Part shown: piece after piece, positions 9,340 through 18,365 of the stretch | Position numbering within the stretch: the stretch's first letter is position 1 | Layout of the letters: each line of letters starts with the position of its first letter | Virus record (IMG/VR): IMGVR_UViG_3300033555_000005 | Location: 1,366 to 65,365 of that record | Direction: 5' to 3' (one strand) | DNA: 64,000 nucleotides | Origin: a virus | Made by a program: the position numbers and the translations under genes | The notes under the pieces: model-generated | The model's input: only the letters and a program-made list of their open reading frames with translations | Databases searched by the model: none | What the model was told of the DNA's origin: nothing

Positions 9340-9866
9340 CAGACGACCCCCGCGTAGCGGCTCTCGACCGGTCCACGCTGGTTCTGGTACCTGCCGGCGT
9401 ACGGCGTCTGGACGGGGGAGACCCTGGTGAAGCAGAGCTGCGCGATGGTCATGCCGGCGTGGAGCTTGATGTCCCACGGGCTGTGGTTGACCAGCTCGAG
9501 GGTGATGTGCCCCTCGAAGCCGCTGTCGATGACGCCGGCGGTGACGTGCACCAGCAGTCCCAGGCGGCCGAGGCTGCTCTTGCCCTCCACCTGCCCGACG
9601 ATGTCGCGGGGCAGCCGGACGACCTCACGGGTGCTGCAGAGCGCGAAGCCACCCCGAGCCAGGGTGAACGAGCTGGACTCGATGGCCCGCATGTGCGGGT
9701 GCGGGACGTCCGCGGTGTCGAGGATCAGCTCGGCGTTCAGGGGGACCAGGAAGTGCCGGTCCAGGGTGACGTCGTAGCTGTTCGGCTGCAGAAGGTCTCG
9801 GTCGTACGGCTCGATGCCGAGCTGACCGATGCTCACAGCACGGCCTAGCTCGTGGTCGCTCATCAC
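9339..9866 (-). CDS. dcd: dCTP deaminase
   Basis: LQPNSYDVTL, VEGKSSLGRLGL, AGVIDSGFEGHITLEL, IAQLCF, YAGRYQNQRGPVES. Confidence 0.95.
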   Translation of the reverse strand: MMSDHELGRAVSIGQLGIEPYDRDLLQPNSYDVTLDRHFLVPLNAELILDTADVPHPHMRAIESSSFTLARGGFALCSTREVVRLPRDIVGQVEGKSSLGRLGLLVHVTAGVIDSGFEGHITLELVNHSPWDIKLHAGMTIAQLCFTRVSPVQTPYAGRYQNQRGPVESRYAGVV

Positions 9867-10300
9867 AGGTGCAGTGCTCCAGGGTCTGTGACCAGAAGGC
9901 CACGGGGTCCGTAAGTCAGGTGTCGAGCAGGGTCGGCGTGGATCACGTACTGGACGTCGAGCATGTACGCGAGCCGGTGAGACAGCGTGCGCTCATCGAC
10001 GGCCCAGACGTTGGAGAAGGGCAGCGACTCGCGGTCGAGCTTCTGCTGGATCGGGTCGACGTAGTCCTCACCGAGGAAGGTGACGACGTCGAAGCGGTAG
10101 TCCCGACGCCAGAACAGGTCGTTGAGCACCTTCGCGACGTGCGGCTCGGTCTCGTACTGCGCCACTGCCCGCTTCCAGCGGTGCGCCGCGGAGTAGAGCT
10201 TGAACCGTGCGACGTTAGCCGGCGGCAGCGACGCGACGACGCCCTCGAAGACGAACAGCCACCGCGGCGGCAGCTGCCCGCTGATGTCACCCCGCAGCAC
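9863..10300 (-). CDS. conserved hypothetical protein (possibly degenerate HAD-like fold)
   Basis: 145 aa coupled to both neighbours; LFVFEGVV resembles HAD motif I without the Asp. Confidence 0.6.
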   Translation of the reverse strand: MLRGDISGQLPPRWLFVFEGVVASLPPANVARFKLYSAAHRWKRAVAQYETEPHVAKVLNDLFWRRDYRFDVVTFLGEDYVDPIQQKLDRESLPFSNVWAVDERTLSHRLAYMLDVQYVIHADPARHLTYGPRGLLVTDPGALHL

Positions 10301-10994
10301 GGCGTCGGCGCTGTCCCGAGGTCAGGGCCTTGCGGTGGTCACGGCCCTCGGTCAGCTCGATGACCTCGCCGACCGCGTACAGGAAGCTGGCCATCGAGCT
10401 GTTGTACTTGTTCCAGTCGAGGAAGCTCAGGTTCGAGCTGATGAACGTCGGCCTGCCCAGCTCGCTGCGCTTGCGCAGCAGACGGTCGAGTCCATCGTCG
10501 CTCCAGCCGGACGCCGCGCGGTACTCCTTGCCGACGTCGTCGAGGAACAGCGCGTCGCACTCGGTCTCGACGAACGACAGCCGGTAGCGGGCCTTGTTCG
10601 CCTCCTCCCAGTCGTCGGTGCGCTGCGCCTCCTGCTCCAGGCCGATGAGCTGCTTGCGGCGCTCGACCAGCTCGGCGTAGGGCACGTACTTCGTCCACGC
10701 CCCCTTGCTGTCGAGCGTCTGCTGCAGGATCGCCAGCCCCGCGGTCTTGCCCCAGCCAGCCGGCCCCAGCAGCACCAGTCCATCTCGCTGCTCGGGAGTC
10801 CAGTGGTCGCCGTAGTCGACGAGCACGTCGTAGAGCCGCTCGCTGCTCTTGATCTTGACGTCTGCCTCGTAGTCGCCCCACGTCATGCCGTGGAACTCGA
10901 GCGGGATCCCAGCCTGCTTCAGGCGCTTGCCGAGGTCGGCCTCGTTGCGCTGCTTGTCCAGCGCCCACTGCGCGATGGTGCGGGCCTTGTGCAT
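10287..10994 (-). CDS. DnaC/IstB-like AAA+ helicase loader
   Basis: GLVLLGPAGWGKT, LFLDDVGKE, RPTFISSNL; directly downstream of initiator. Confidence 0.88.
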   Translation of the reverse strand: MHKARTIAQWALDKQRNEADLGKRLKQAGIPLEFHGMTWGDYEADVKIKSSERLYDVLVDYGDHWTPEQRDGLVLLGPAGWGKTAGLAILQQTLDSKGAWTKYVPYAELVERRKQLIGLEQEAQRTDDWEEANKARYRLSFVETECDALFLDDVGKEYRAASGWSDDGLDRLLRKRSELGRPTFISSNLSFLDWNKYNSSMASFLYAVGEVIELTEGRDHRKALTSGQRRRRAAG

Positions 10995-11902
10995 CAGGTC
11001 AGTCCCTCGTACGGGTCGAGGCCGCCGTAGACCTCGGCGGCCGGTGCTGTGGCCCGACGCATCGACTCGGCGTCGGCCTCGAGCTTCGGCAGGGCGGCCA
11101 GGAACTGCGTCCACCCCTTCAGGTCACCAGACCGGTAGCGGTCCGGGCTACCGACGAAGACCTCGACGCAGGACGCCAGCTGCTCGTAGCTGTGCGTCCC
11201 GGCCCTGACCTTCGCCGTGAGCTGCTTCGCCAGGATGCCCTTGTCGACGGCCGCCGCGCTGCCGGACACGCCGGCGCGCTTCAACCCGTTCTCCAGACGC
11301 ATGGCCAAGCCGTACCCCGACGCCCCGCGCTTCGCCGCGACATCGTTCCGTTCGTCGCGCGTCGGCCGCCGGCTGCCTCCGAGCACCGGCCCCTCGTCTC
11401 CACCACCGGTGTCGTCGTCGGGCTGGACCAGCCGTCGGCTCTTCGGCCGGCTGACCGTCGTCACGCGGCGGCGCGCAGCGCCCCGCGAGTACTCCTTGGT
11501 ACTCAGTCCTTCTTCCTCAGTCCTTGTAAGAGGGCCTGGTTCTCCGCGTTGGCTCAGCCGCGTTGGATAACCAGCGCTGGTTTCCCGCGCCGGTGACGTA
11601 ATGCCGTGGTTTTTGGGACTGTCGTAGACGACCGCCTCGCTGGCGAACGTGCCGTCCGCGGTGCGCCAGCTCTGCCGCACGAGGTAGCCGGCGGCCTCCA
11701 GCTCGTCCAGGGACGTGCGCACGGCGTCGCGGCCCTCGACGTGGGTCTTCGCGAGCTGCTCGGCCCGCACGGTCCAGTCGTCGGGCTTGCTCAGGATGTA
11801 GACCAGCACGCCGAGCGACCGGAACGACAGCTTGTCGTCGGTCAGCAGCTCGTTGCTGAAGGTCGTCCAGCCCGTGCTGGGCCGTGGCGAGCGGCGGATC
11901 AC
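10994..11902 (-). CDS. replication initiator (N-terminal winged HTH, lambda-O-like position)
   Basis: WTTFSNELLTDDKLSFRSLGVLVYILSKPDDW...GRDAVRTSLDELEAAGYLVR typical of phage initiators; upstream of loader. Confidence 0.8.
   Translation of the reverse strand: MIRRSPRPSTGWTTFSNELLTDDKLSFRSLGVLVYILSKPDDWTVRAEQLAKTHVEGRDAVRTSLDELEAAGYLVRQSWRTADGTFASEAVVYDSPKNHGITSPARETSAGYPTRLSQRGEPGPLTRTEEEGLSTKEYSRGAARRRVTTVSRPKSRRLVQPDDDTGGGDEGPVLGGSRRPTRDERNDVAAKRGASGYGLAMRLENGLKRAGVSGSAAAVDKGILAKQLTAKVRAGTHSYEQLASCVEVFVGSPDRYRSGDLKGWTQFLAALPKLEADAESMRRATAPAAEVYGGLDPYEGLT
11486..11620. repeat. short direct-repeat cluster, candidate replication origin
   Basis: CTCAGTCCTT x2 (11502, 11516), CCGCGTTGG x2 (11544, 11558), CTGGTTCTCCGCG/CTGGTTTCCCGCG (11536, 11577); locally lower GC. 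Confidence 0.5.
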
Positions 11903-12061
11903 AGTTCGCCCTGCTGTCGAGACTTGACCTCAGACATGGACGTGCGCAACGCTCTCTCCGCTCTGCTAGAGCACGAGGCCGGCGTTCACTCCCCAGTGGG
12001 CCGGCCTTCGTGCTGTTCTGCACCATGTCCCCGCGCGTCTCGCGGGGCGGGTGGGAAGGCG

Positions 12062-12117
12062 ACCCTAGACGTAGGTCACACCCCGTCGTCAAGCACCCAC
12101 TCTTCGTAGTAACTACG
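12062..12117 (-). promoter_or_regulatory. putative promoter with upstream palindrome
   Basis: TTGACG-N19-TAGGGT on minus strand (spacer long); CGTAGT-A-ACTACG palindrome at 12105-12117. Confidence 0.5.
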
Positions 12118-12135
12118 CGAGGTAGGACAAAAGCA

Positions 12136-12171
12136 AGCCGGGCACAAGATGTGGAGGTCTCGTGCCCGGCT
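12136..12171 (-). terminator. rho-independent terminator
   Basis: AGCCGGGCAC/GTGCCCGGCT inverted repeat with T-run on minus strand, after 12192 gene. Confidence 0.7.
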
Positions 12172-12191
12172 CGTCTGCCTAGCGATCTTGC

Positions 12192-12491
12192 CTACTCCAG
12201 ATGCGCTGCCAGCTCGAGAGCTTCGTCCGAAGCGGTGCGCATCAGCTGCGTGCGCACCTCCTCGGGGATGGCCTCCCACGCGCCGGCAGGGTCCAGAGCC
12301 GCCACGCGCTTGCTGCCACCGACCGAGCCGTCAGACTTCAGCCCGAAGCCCCGCAGAACGGCTGCAGGAGCCTGCTGGCCGGCCTGGAGCGTCACCTCGG
12401 CCCTGGTGACCGCCATGGAGCCCCCGTCGCCGCTCTGAAGACCTCTCAGCGGAGGCTCGAACGCGAACTCGAGCTGGACGACCGCGGTCAC
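12192..12491 (-). CDS. hypothetical protein (99 aa)
   Basis: GTGA coupling to upstream gene; N-terminal QLEFAF. Confidence 0.65.
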   Translation of the reverse strand: MTAVVQLEFAFEPPLRGLQSGDGGSMAVTRAEVTLQAGQQAPAAVLRGFGLKSDGSVGGSKRVAALDPAGAWEAIPEEVRTQLMRTASDEALELAAHLE

Positions 12492-13678
12492 GAGGACGAC
12501 GAGCGGCGACGGGTCTTGGGAGCCTCTTCGACCTTCTCGACCTTCGGCTGCGCCTCGGTGCCGTCCTTGCGCGGGCGACCCGGCGACTTCGGCTTGCGGA
12601 TCTCCGAGACGATGAAGTCCGCGAAGATCATCAGGGCGCTGGCGAGCACCGCGGCCGCGGTCTCGAACTCCTCGCCCTCGGCGGCGTCGTCGACCAGCTC
12701 CTTGCTGATGCGCGAGACCTGCGCGGAGATGCGCTCCGCGGTCTCCCGCTGGCCGCGCAGGCGCGCGAAGACGGCGGCGCGGGTCTCGGCCTCGGGGTCG
12801 TCACCCTCGCCCTCGTCGGCGACCTCAGGAGCCGCCTTGGGGGCCTCGCGCACTCGGCCCGTGCTCAGAGCCGCCTGAGCCTCGTCGGGGGCCTCGTCAG
12901 GGGCCTCGTCGCCGGTGAGCAGAGGGATGATGTCTCCCTTGCTCTTGCCACGCAGCGTCTCGGTGGTGTGCACCTTCGGGTCGAGCGCCTTCGCGCGCTT
13001 CTTCAGCTCGACGAGGCTGAGCTTGAGCAGCTCCTCGCGGGACTCGCCGGCGGCCGGCTCCTCGTCCTCGTCGTCGTCGTCGGCAACGACCTCCTCCTGC
13101 TTCACGGCGGCCTTGCGGCGGCCGCGGGCGACCGGGGCCGGCTCCGGGGCCTCCTCCTCGGCCGGCTCGTCCTCCGCGGGGGCGTCGTCCTCGTCGTCAC
13201 CGAACTGGATCGGCTTGAGGCCGTTGCAGAGGTCGAACGCGGGCACCTCGAGCTGGTCGGCCTCCTCGAAGACCGAGACGTCCTCGTCCTCGCTGCCGTT
13301 CATGAACAGCAGCAGACGGCCGTCCGCGACCGGCTCGTTCTCGTCGCCGGCGAGCAGCTCGACGATGCTCTTGCCAGCCGACTCGCCGGCCTCGAAGTCG
13401 TCCTCGGCGTCGTCGATGACGCCCTTCAGCTCGGGCTTCTTGAGCGCGTCCTCGTCGCTGATGGTGGTGTAGGGGATGTCGTTCTTCTTCGCCCACTCGA
13501 CGACCGCGGCCATCTCGTCGGTCCAGTCGGCGTCCGTCACCGGCACGTACAGCGCCTCGATGGTGCGGCCCTCGACGTAGTCGTCCAGGAGCGGGATGAT
13601 GCTCTTCGGGTCCAGCTCGCCGCTGCCGGCGAACCCCAGGGTCAACGGCTTGGCAGCCGCGCGACGTCCTCTTGCCAT
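12488..13678 (-). CDS. acidic multi-domain protein with C-terminal AT-hook
   Basis: MARGRR start after AGGAG; Rossmann-like N-terminus, D/E-rich linkers, LSLVELKKRAK helical motif, SPGRPRK. Confidence 0.8.
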   Translation of the reverse strand: MARGRRAAAKPLTLGFAGSGELDPKSIIPLLDDYVEGRTIEALYVPVTDADWTDEMAAVVEWAKKNDIPYTTISDEDALKKPELKGVIDDAEDDFEAGESAGKSIVELLAGDENEPVADGRLLLFMNGSEDEDVSVFEEADQLEVPAFDLCNGLKPIQFGDDEDDAPAEDEPAEEEAPEPAPVARGRRKAAVKQEEVVADDDDEDEEPAAGESREELLKLSLVELKKRAKALDPKVHTTETLRGKSKGDIIPLLTGDEAPDEAPDEAQAALSTGRVREAPKAAPEVADEGEGDDPEAETRAAVFARLRGQRETAERISAQVSRISKELVDDAAEGEEFETAAAVLASALMIFADFIVSEIRKPKSPGRPRKDGTEAQPKVEKVEEAPKTRRRSSSS

Positions 13679-13751
13679 GTGGTGATGCTCCTTGTGGTGT
13701 TCCGGGTGAGAAGCCGACCGTAGTGCCGGCTTCTGACAACCTGCGTGAAAC

Positions 13752-14093
13752 TTAGATCGGCTGAACGCGCCGCCCTGGTGCTGACGCCGACATGGAGCTG
13801 GTCGCCGCGCGCGCACTGCGCTCGACGACCATGACCTTGTTCTTGTCGGCTGCCGTGGACAGTACGGCCTGCGCCTCGTGCAGGAGCGCTGCGACACCGG
13901 CGATTCCAGCGGCCATTTCAAGCCGCGCGCGCCATCCCTGCTCATAGGTGCACCCCGCGGCCCCGGCGAGCGCGGTGGCGAGCACGCTCTTCAGGTAGGG
14001 CCGCGGGGTGAGTCCCGTCGTGCGTTCGAAGACCTCGCGGGCGAGGTCAGTGGCCTTCGTGACGCCGAAGGCGAGGGCGAGGGTTCGCATCAT
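13752..14093 (-). CDS. membrane protein, holin-like
   Basis: 113 aa with hydrophobic helices, adjacent to second holin-like gene at end of late operon. Confidence 0.55.
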   Translation of the reverse strand: MMRTLALAFGVTKATDLAREVFERTTGLTPRPYLKSVLATALAGAAGCTYEQGWRARLEMAAGIAGVAALLHEAQAVLSTAADKNKVMVVERSARAATSSMSASAPGRRVQPI

Positions 14094-14103
14094 GCTGCGA
14101 ATG

Positions 14104-14409
14104 TTAGAGGTTGAACGTCTCCACGTCCGGCTCGCCGGGGTCAGCGGGCGGCAGCGGCGTCGGGATGCTCGAGGCGTCCAGGAAGCGCCGCATGGTGAAG
14201 CTGGCGATGGACTGCACCACGGTCTTGGCGAGGGTGAACGACAGCAGCGACCACTGCAGGTCGCCCCAGCCGTTCGCGTCTCCGAACTGGGTGCTGACGA
14301 CCAGCACGACCGCGACGAGGACGTCGATGGCCAGGCCCTGCAGCAGCGAGCGCAGCGCCCGGTTCCTGGCGTCGGTGTGCAGCCTCTGGGTCGCCGTCAG
14401 GTCGATCAC
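14104..14409 (-). CDS. holin (actinophage type)
   Basis: DARNRALRSLLQGLAIDVLVAVVLVV plus second hydrophobic segment; position after fibre genes. Confidence 0.7.
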   Translation of the reverse strand: MIDLTATQRLHTDARNRALRSLLQGLAIDVLVAVVLVVSTQFGDANGWGDLQWSLLSFTLAKTVVQSIASFTMRRFLDASSIPTPLPPADPGEPDVETFNL

Positions 14410-14816
14410 GGACGAGCCGGCTTCGGATCAGGTGCCGGCGGTGCCGGCGGTGCCGGGTCCGGGGTCCGCTCAGGCGGCGGCTTCTGGTTCGCCGGCACCT
14501 CCGGGCGGGCCTTGCCGCTGTCCGGGCGCGGCGGGTTCGTCTCGTTGGTGCGGTCGTTGACCGTCGACTCGACCTGCGCTCCGGGCGGCAGGAAGATGCC
14601 GTTGCTGTCCCGCCGGCCGCCGACCTCAGGCCGAGGCACTTCGCCGTTCAGCTCGTCGAAGCCCTCCAGCGGCACGTACTCGAGACCGGCCGGCAGCGAG
14701 CCGGTGTTCACCGCGGGGTCAGCGATGAGTCCCTCGAGCTGGTCGATGAACTCCTGCTCAGCCTCGATGAGGTTCACGACGTTGCCGTCGCGGTCGATCA
14801 GTGCGTACCTGCCCAT
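14406..14816 (-). CDS. tail fibre assembly-like protein
   Basis: YALIDRDGNVVNLIEA N-terminus typical of genes following Gly-rich fibre genes; Pro-rich tail. Confidence 0.6.
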   Translation of the reverse strand: MGRYALIDRDGNVVNLIEAEQEFIDQLEGLIADPAVNTGSLPAGLEYVPLEGFDELNGEVPRPEVGGRRDSNGIFLPPGAQVESTVNDRTNETNPPRPDSGKARPEVPANQKPPPERTPDPAPPAPPAPDPKPARP

Positions 14817-14819
14817 GTC

Positions 14820-15707
14820 CTAGAACTCCGTCCACTCGATGAAGACAGCCCCGGAGCCCCCGTTGCCGCCCTTGCCCGCCGTGATAGGTCCGCTCGTGGA
14901 GCAGTTCGCTCCACCACCGCCACCACCGCAGCTCGTTCCACCGCCATCTGTGCCCGCCGTGCCGGCACCCGCAGAACGGCTACCCGAGCCGCCCGCGCCA
15001 CCCTGGAACGTCGAGCCACCGTTGCCGCCGTTGCCGCCAACCGTGTAGTTGCTGCCCTGGCCGCCGCCGCCGGCACCCGGCGACCAACCTGCCTGCGACA
15101 CCGTCTGCCCCGTACCTCCTGGACCCCCGGAGTACGACGAAGCCACTCCAACGGAGCCGTTCAACGCACCGGACCCGAGCGCACCTACCGGCGCGCCTGA
15201 GCCACCCGCTGCAGGTGTTATGGGCGAGCCGGTGCTGTTGAGGCCACCGCCGCCGCCTCCACCGCCAGCGCCACCCGAACCGCCTGTGCCACCCGTGCCA
15301 CCCTGCGCGCCGGCACCAGTGCCGGCACCGCCGCCCACAACCTGCAGCTGACCGAACGCGGTCGTTCCACCGCCCTGACCGACGAGGCCGTTGACGTTGG
15401 TGTTCTGAGCAGCGGTGTAGCTCGCGCCACCGAGGCCACCAGCTCCGAGCGTGACTGCGAGGCTCTCACCCGGCGTCACGGGGATGTTGCGGGCGAAGAT
15501 CAACGCTCCAGTGCCGCCGCCACCGCCGCCGGCCGACGCGCCCTGTCCGCTGAACGCGGTGCCGCCGGTCGATCCCCCACCGCCACCGCCGGTCAGGAAG
15601 CAGTCGACGAAGAAGACGCCAGGCGGGACGACGAACGTTCCCGACGTCGTGAAGCGCTGAGACCGCCGGCGGGAGCCGGCACCTGCTGCAGTGCTCGAGG
15701 CACCCAT
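14820..15707 (-). CDS. glycine-rich tail fibre/receptor-binding protein, paralog B
   Basis: FTTSGTFVVPPGV...GGGGG...C-terminal GGSGAVFIEW. Confidence 0.8.
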   Translation of the reverse strand: MGASSTAAGAGSRRRSQRFTTSGTFVVPPGVFFVDCFLTGGGGGGSTGGTAFSGQGASAGGGGGGTGALIFARNIPVTPGESLAVTLGAGGLGGASYTAAQNTNVNGLVGQGGGTTAFGQLQVVGGGAGTGAGAQGGTGGTGGSGGAGGGGGGGGLNSTGSPITPAAGGSGAPVGALGSGALNGSVGVASSYSGGPGGTGQTVSQAGWSPGAGGGGQGSNYTVGGNGGNGGSTFQGGAGGSGSRSAGAGTAGTDGGGTSCGGGGGGANCSTSGPITAGKGGNGGSGAVFIEWTEF

Positions 15708-16646
15708 CTAGCTCTCCGTCCACTCGATGACGACCAGGCCCACGCCGCCGGTGCCGCCGTTCGCGCCACGCGTGACGCCGAAGAATCCGACGTGGCTTGC
15801 GCCACCGCCGCCGCCTCCACCGCCTTCAGAGGCGTTGGTGCCGTCCTGACCCTGGTTGCTCGAGCCGTTGCCACCCGAGCCGGCCGCGCCGCCGATGGTG
15901 AGGTTGGCACCCTTGCCGCCACCACCGCCGCCAAACGGCGTCGCTGAGACGTTCTGGCCGTAGCTGCCTCCCTGACCACCACCACCGCCGCCGACGGAGA
16001 AACCGGTCATGAGCACCGCTGAGTTTGTCGGCGACACACCAGCAGCGCCGGGTCCGTAGCTCGACGAGACGCCGGCCGCGGCAACAGGCACAACGTTCGT
16101 TGTAGACCCGATGTTGCCACCGGCACCACCGGCACCACCGACGCTGGATGCTGAAGCGGCGTTGTTGCCACCACCACCACCACCACCGGGAGCACCCCCG
16201 GATCCTCCAGCACCACCGACGCCGCCGACCGCCGTTGCACTGCTGCCGATAGCTCCTCCTGCGCCGCCGGTGGCCACGATGCTGAACACAATCGAGTTGC
16301 CACCGGTGCCGCCAATCGACACACCACCGGCGTTGGCGTCGACACCACCTGCTGCAGCACCCAGTCCAGACGTTCCGGCTGCTCCGACGATGACGGCGTA
16401 GCTGGCTCCGGGAGTAACCGGCACGCCGCGAGCCACGACAGCACCACCACCTCCACCGCCGCCTGCACCAGCTGACGAACCAGAGACGTCGTTGCCGTAA
16501 CCAGCGCCCCCGCCGCCGCCGCCGCCGGCAACCACCGTGACAGCGTCGAGCATGGTGACACCGGCGGGCACGACGAAGGTGCTGGTCGTGGTGATCCTGA
16601 CCGAGCGCCGCGTTGAGCCGCCCGTCTTCGTAGTCGACAGACCCAT
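15708..16646 (-). CDS. glycine-rich tail fibre/receptor-binding protein, paralog A
   Basis: ITTTSTFVVPAGV...GGGGG...C-terminal GGVGLVVIEW. Confidence 0.8.
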   Translation of the reverse strand: MGLSTTKTGGSTRRSVRITTTSTFVVPAGVTMLDAVTVVAGGGGGGGAGYGNDVSGSSAGAGGGGGGGAVVARGVPVTPGASYAVIVGAAGTSGLGAAAGGVDANAGGVSIGGTGGNSIVFSIVATGGAGGAIGSSATAVGGVGGAGGSGGAPGGGGGGGNNAASASSVGGAGGAGGNIGSTTNVVPVAAAGVSSSYGPGAAGVSPTNSAVLMTGFSVGGGGGGQGGSYGQNVSATPFGGGGGGKGANLTIGGAAGSGGNGSSNQGQDGTNASEGGGGGGGGASHVGFFGVTRGANGGTGGVGLVVIEWTES

Positions 16647-16655
16647 GTTCTTCTC

Positions 16656-17663
16656 CTAGTCCAGCGTGCGGGTGTAGCCGAACGCGCTGGCCGAGATGTT
16701 CGCGGCCGCACCACCGGGCAGCGGCACGAGGTTGCGCACCGTCAGGTTCTCGTTCGGCGCGAGGCGGAACGGGCCGTTCAGCACGGTGATGCTGCTCGCC
16801 GGCACGCGCATCGAGCGGCACAGGTTCTCGGTGCCGAGCAGCACACTGACGTACGCCGGCGACGTGTCTCGGTTGGCGACCATGACCTGCGCGACGATGC
16901 GGTCGCGAGCAGACGCCCCACCCACGACGGTCGATGCACCGTCTGCAGGGATGGATCCGACGCGTCCGATGCGCTCGACCTGCGTGGCGGCAGGGTCGAT
17001 GTCGACGTAGGCGATCTGCAAGCCGAGGTTCGCCTGCACAGCCGCGGTGGCCGCGGAGTACCTGCAGCGCAGCTCCTCACCCTCAAGCAGCACGAGAGAG
17101 CTGTCGAGGCTCTGCACCTCGTATCCCTGGATGATCGTGCCACCGTTGAAGTCGCTGGCGAGACTGCTGTCGGTGGCCGTTGTCAGCGCGTAGCCGATAG
17201 GTGAGTCGCCGGCGTTGTGCGCCGTGATGCTCTTGATGACGCGACGGCGGCCGACCGGCACCGCCGGCAGCAGCAGCACCGGCGTACCGGGGTAGCCGGT
17301 TTCAAGGCCCAAGACGCTGCGTCGCTCGACGCCGGACGTCATGACGCCGGGAGTCATGACGTCGTAGAGGAAGCGAGCCGAGAGGTTCGCCGGCTCGTCA
17401 ACGTCGACGTCGTCGAAGGTCTGCGCAGCCGAGCCGGACGGGGTGACGACGACCCGGACGCGCTGCGGCTTGTCGAGGTAGAAGTCGATCTGCCCCTGCG
17501 CGAAGGTGAAGGGGTTGGGCAGAGTCGCAGTGCCGGTGTCGCTGGTGTAGAGCAGCTGCGCGATGGGTGTCAGCGTGCCGTTCTCGTGGACCGCGACGCT
17601 GCCGTCTGCGGGCGCACCGGACACACGCCGGATGACGGCCTTGGTGAAGTGCGCGCGAGGCAT
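16656..17663 (-). CDS. virion fibre/attachment protein
   Basis: N-terminal LYTSDTGTATLPNPF attachment-like module plus two beta-sandwich modules shared with 37510..38133. Confidence 0.7.
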   Translation of the reverse strand: MPRAHFTKAVIRRVSGAPADGSVAVHENGTLTPIAQLLYTSDTGTATLPNPFTFAQGQIDFYLDKPQRVRVVVTPSGSAAQTFDDVDVDEPANLSARFLYDVMTPGVMTSGVERRSVLGLETGYPGTPVLLLPAVPVGRRRVIKSITAHNAGDSPIGYALTTATDSSLASDFNGGTIIQGYEVQSLDSSLVLLEGEELRCRYSAATAAVQANLGLQIAYVDIDPAATQVERIGRVGSIPADGASTVVGGASARDRIVAQVMVANRDTSPAYVSVLLGTENLCRSMRVPASSITVLNGPFRLAPNENLTVRNLVPLPGGAAANISASAFGYTRTLD

Positions 17664-17714
17664 GCAGTGCTCCTAGTTGCCGGGTCGTGAGGAGTCTCCC
17701 AGGTTGGGAGACCG

Positions 17715-18362
17715 TCAGAGGTAGAGCGGTGGCGTGTAGTTGCCGAGGTGGAAGGGTCGTGCATCGAACGCGCCGATTCCGGCGTTGCCGTTCTGCGTGC
17801 TCTCCCAGTAGCCGAAGCCGTGCTTCGTCTCCTTCGCCAGGTACGAGTCGGTGACGCTGATGAACAACGTGCTTGTCGCGGAAGCTAGCGTGGCAGCGCC
17901 ACCACCTCGGCATTCGATCAGGTCGCCTCGCATCGTGATGTTCATCGACCCGACGCCACCACTGACTCGGCCAACCTGTGTGTAAGAACCTGCAGTGCAC
18001 TTCTGCAAGATCATGTCGACGTAGCCGTACGTCTCACAGGTCGTCACGCCGGCCGCATCGGTGCTGCAGAACGTCTGCGTGTAGTAGTGGTGAAAGAAGC
18101 GCCAGTGGTTCTGCACGTCCTTGACGCGGAAGTAGATGGCCTGTCCATGACCGCCGGCGGGGAATGCGATGCTGACCGACGCGTCATGCCCGGCGAAGAG
18201 CAGGTCCATCACGGCGAACGGTCCAGGGCTGGTGTTCTGGGCCAACCCCTTGTTGCCGCTGATGGTGACGCTGCCCCGCACGACCTCCCAAGGGAAGCCA
18301 CTGGAGCTGACGCCGAGCGGACCGTTGGCCCGGACGAAGTTGTCGGCGACAGCGATGCCCAT
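17715..18362 (-). CDS. beta-rich tail-associated protein
   Basis: DNFVRANGPLG...WEVVRG module also at C-terminus of 18981..22091. Confidence 0.65.
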   Translation of the reverse strand: MGIAVADNFVRANGPLGVSSSGFPWEVVRGSVTISGNKGLAQNTSPGPFAVMDLLFAGHDASVSIAFPAGGHGQAIYFRVKDVQNHWRFFHHYYTQTFCSTDAAGVTTCETYGYVDMILQKCTAGSYTQVGRVSGGVGSMNITMRGDLIECRGGGAATLASATSTLFISVTDSYLAKETKHGFGYWESTQNGNAGIGAFDARPFHLGNYTPPLYL

Positions 18363-18365
18363 GCG

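Noticed and set aside
14820-16646. PE-PGRS-like host gene or (CCG)n microsatellite
   Set aside because: Repeats are Gly codons within phage Gly-rich fibre proteins; no PE domain
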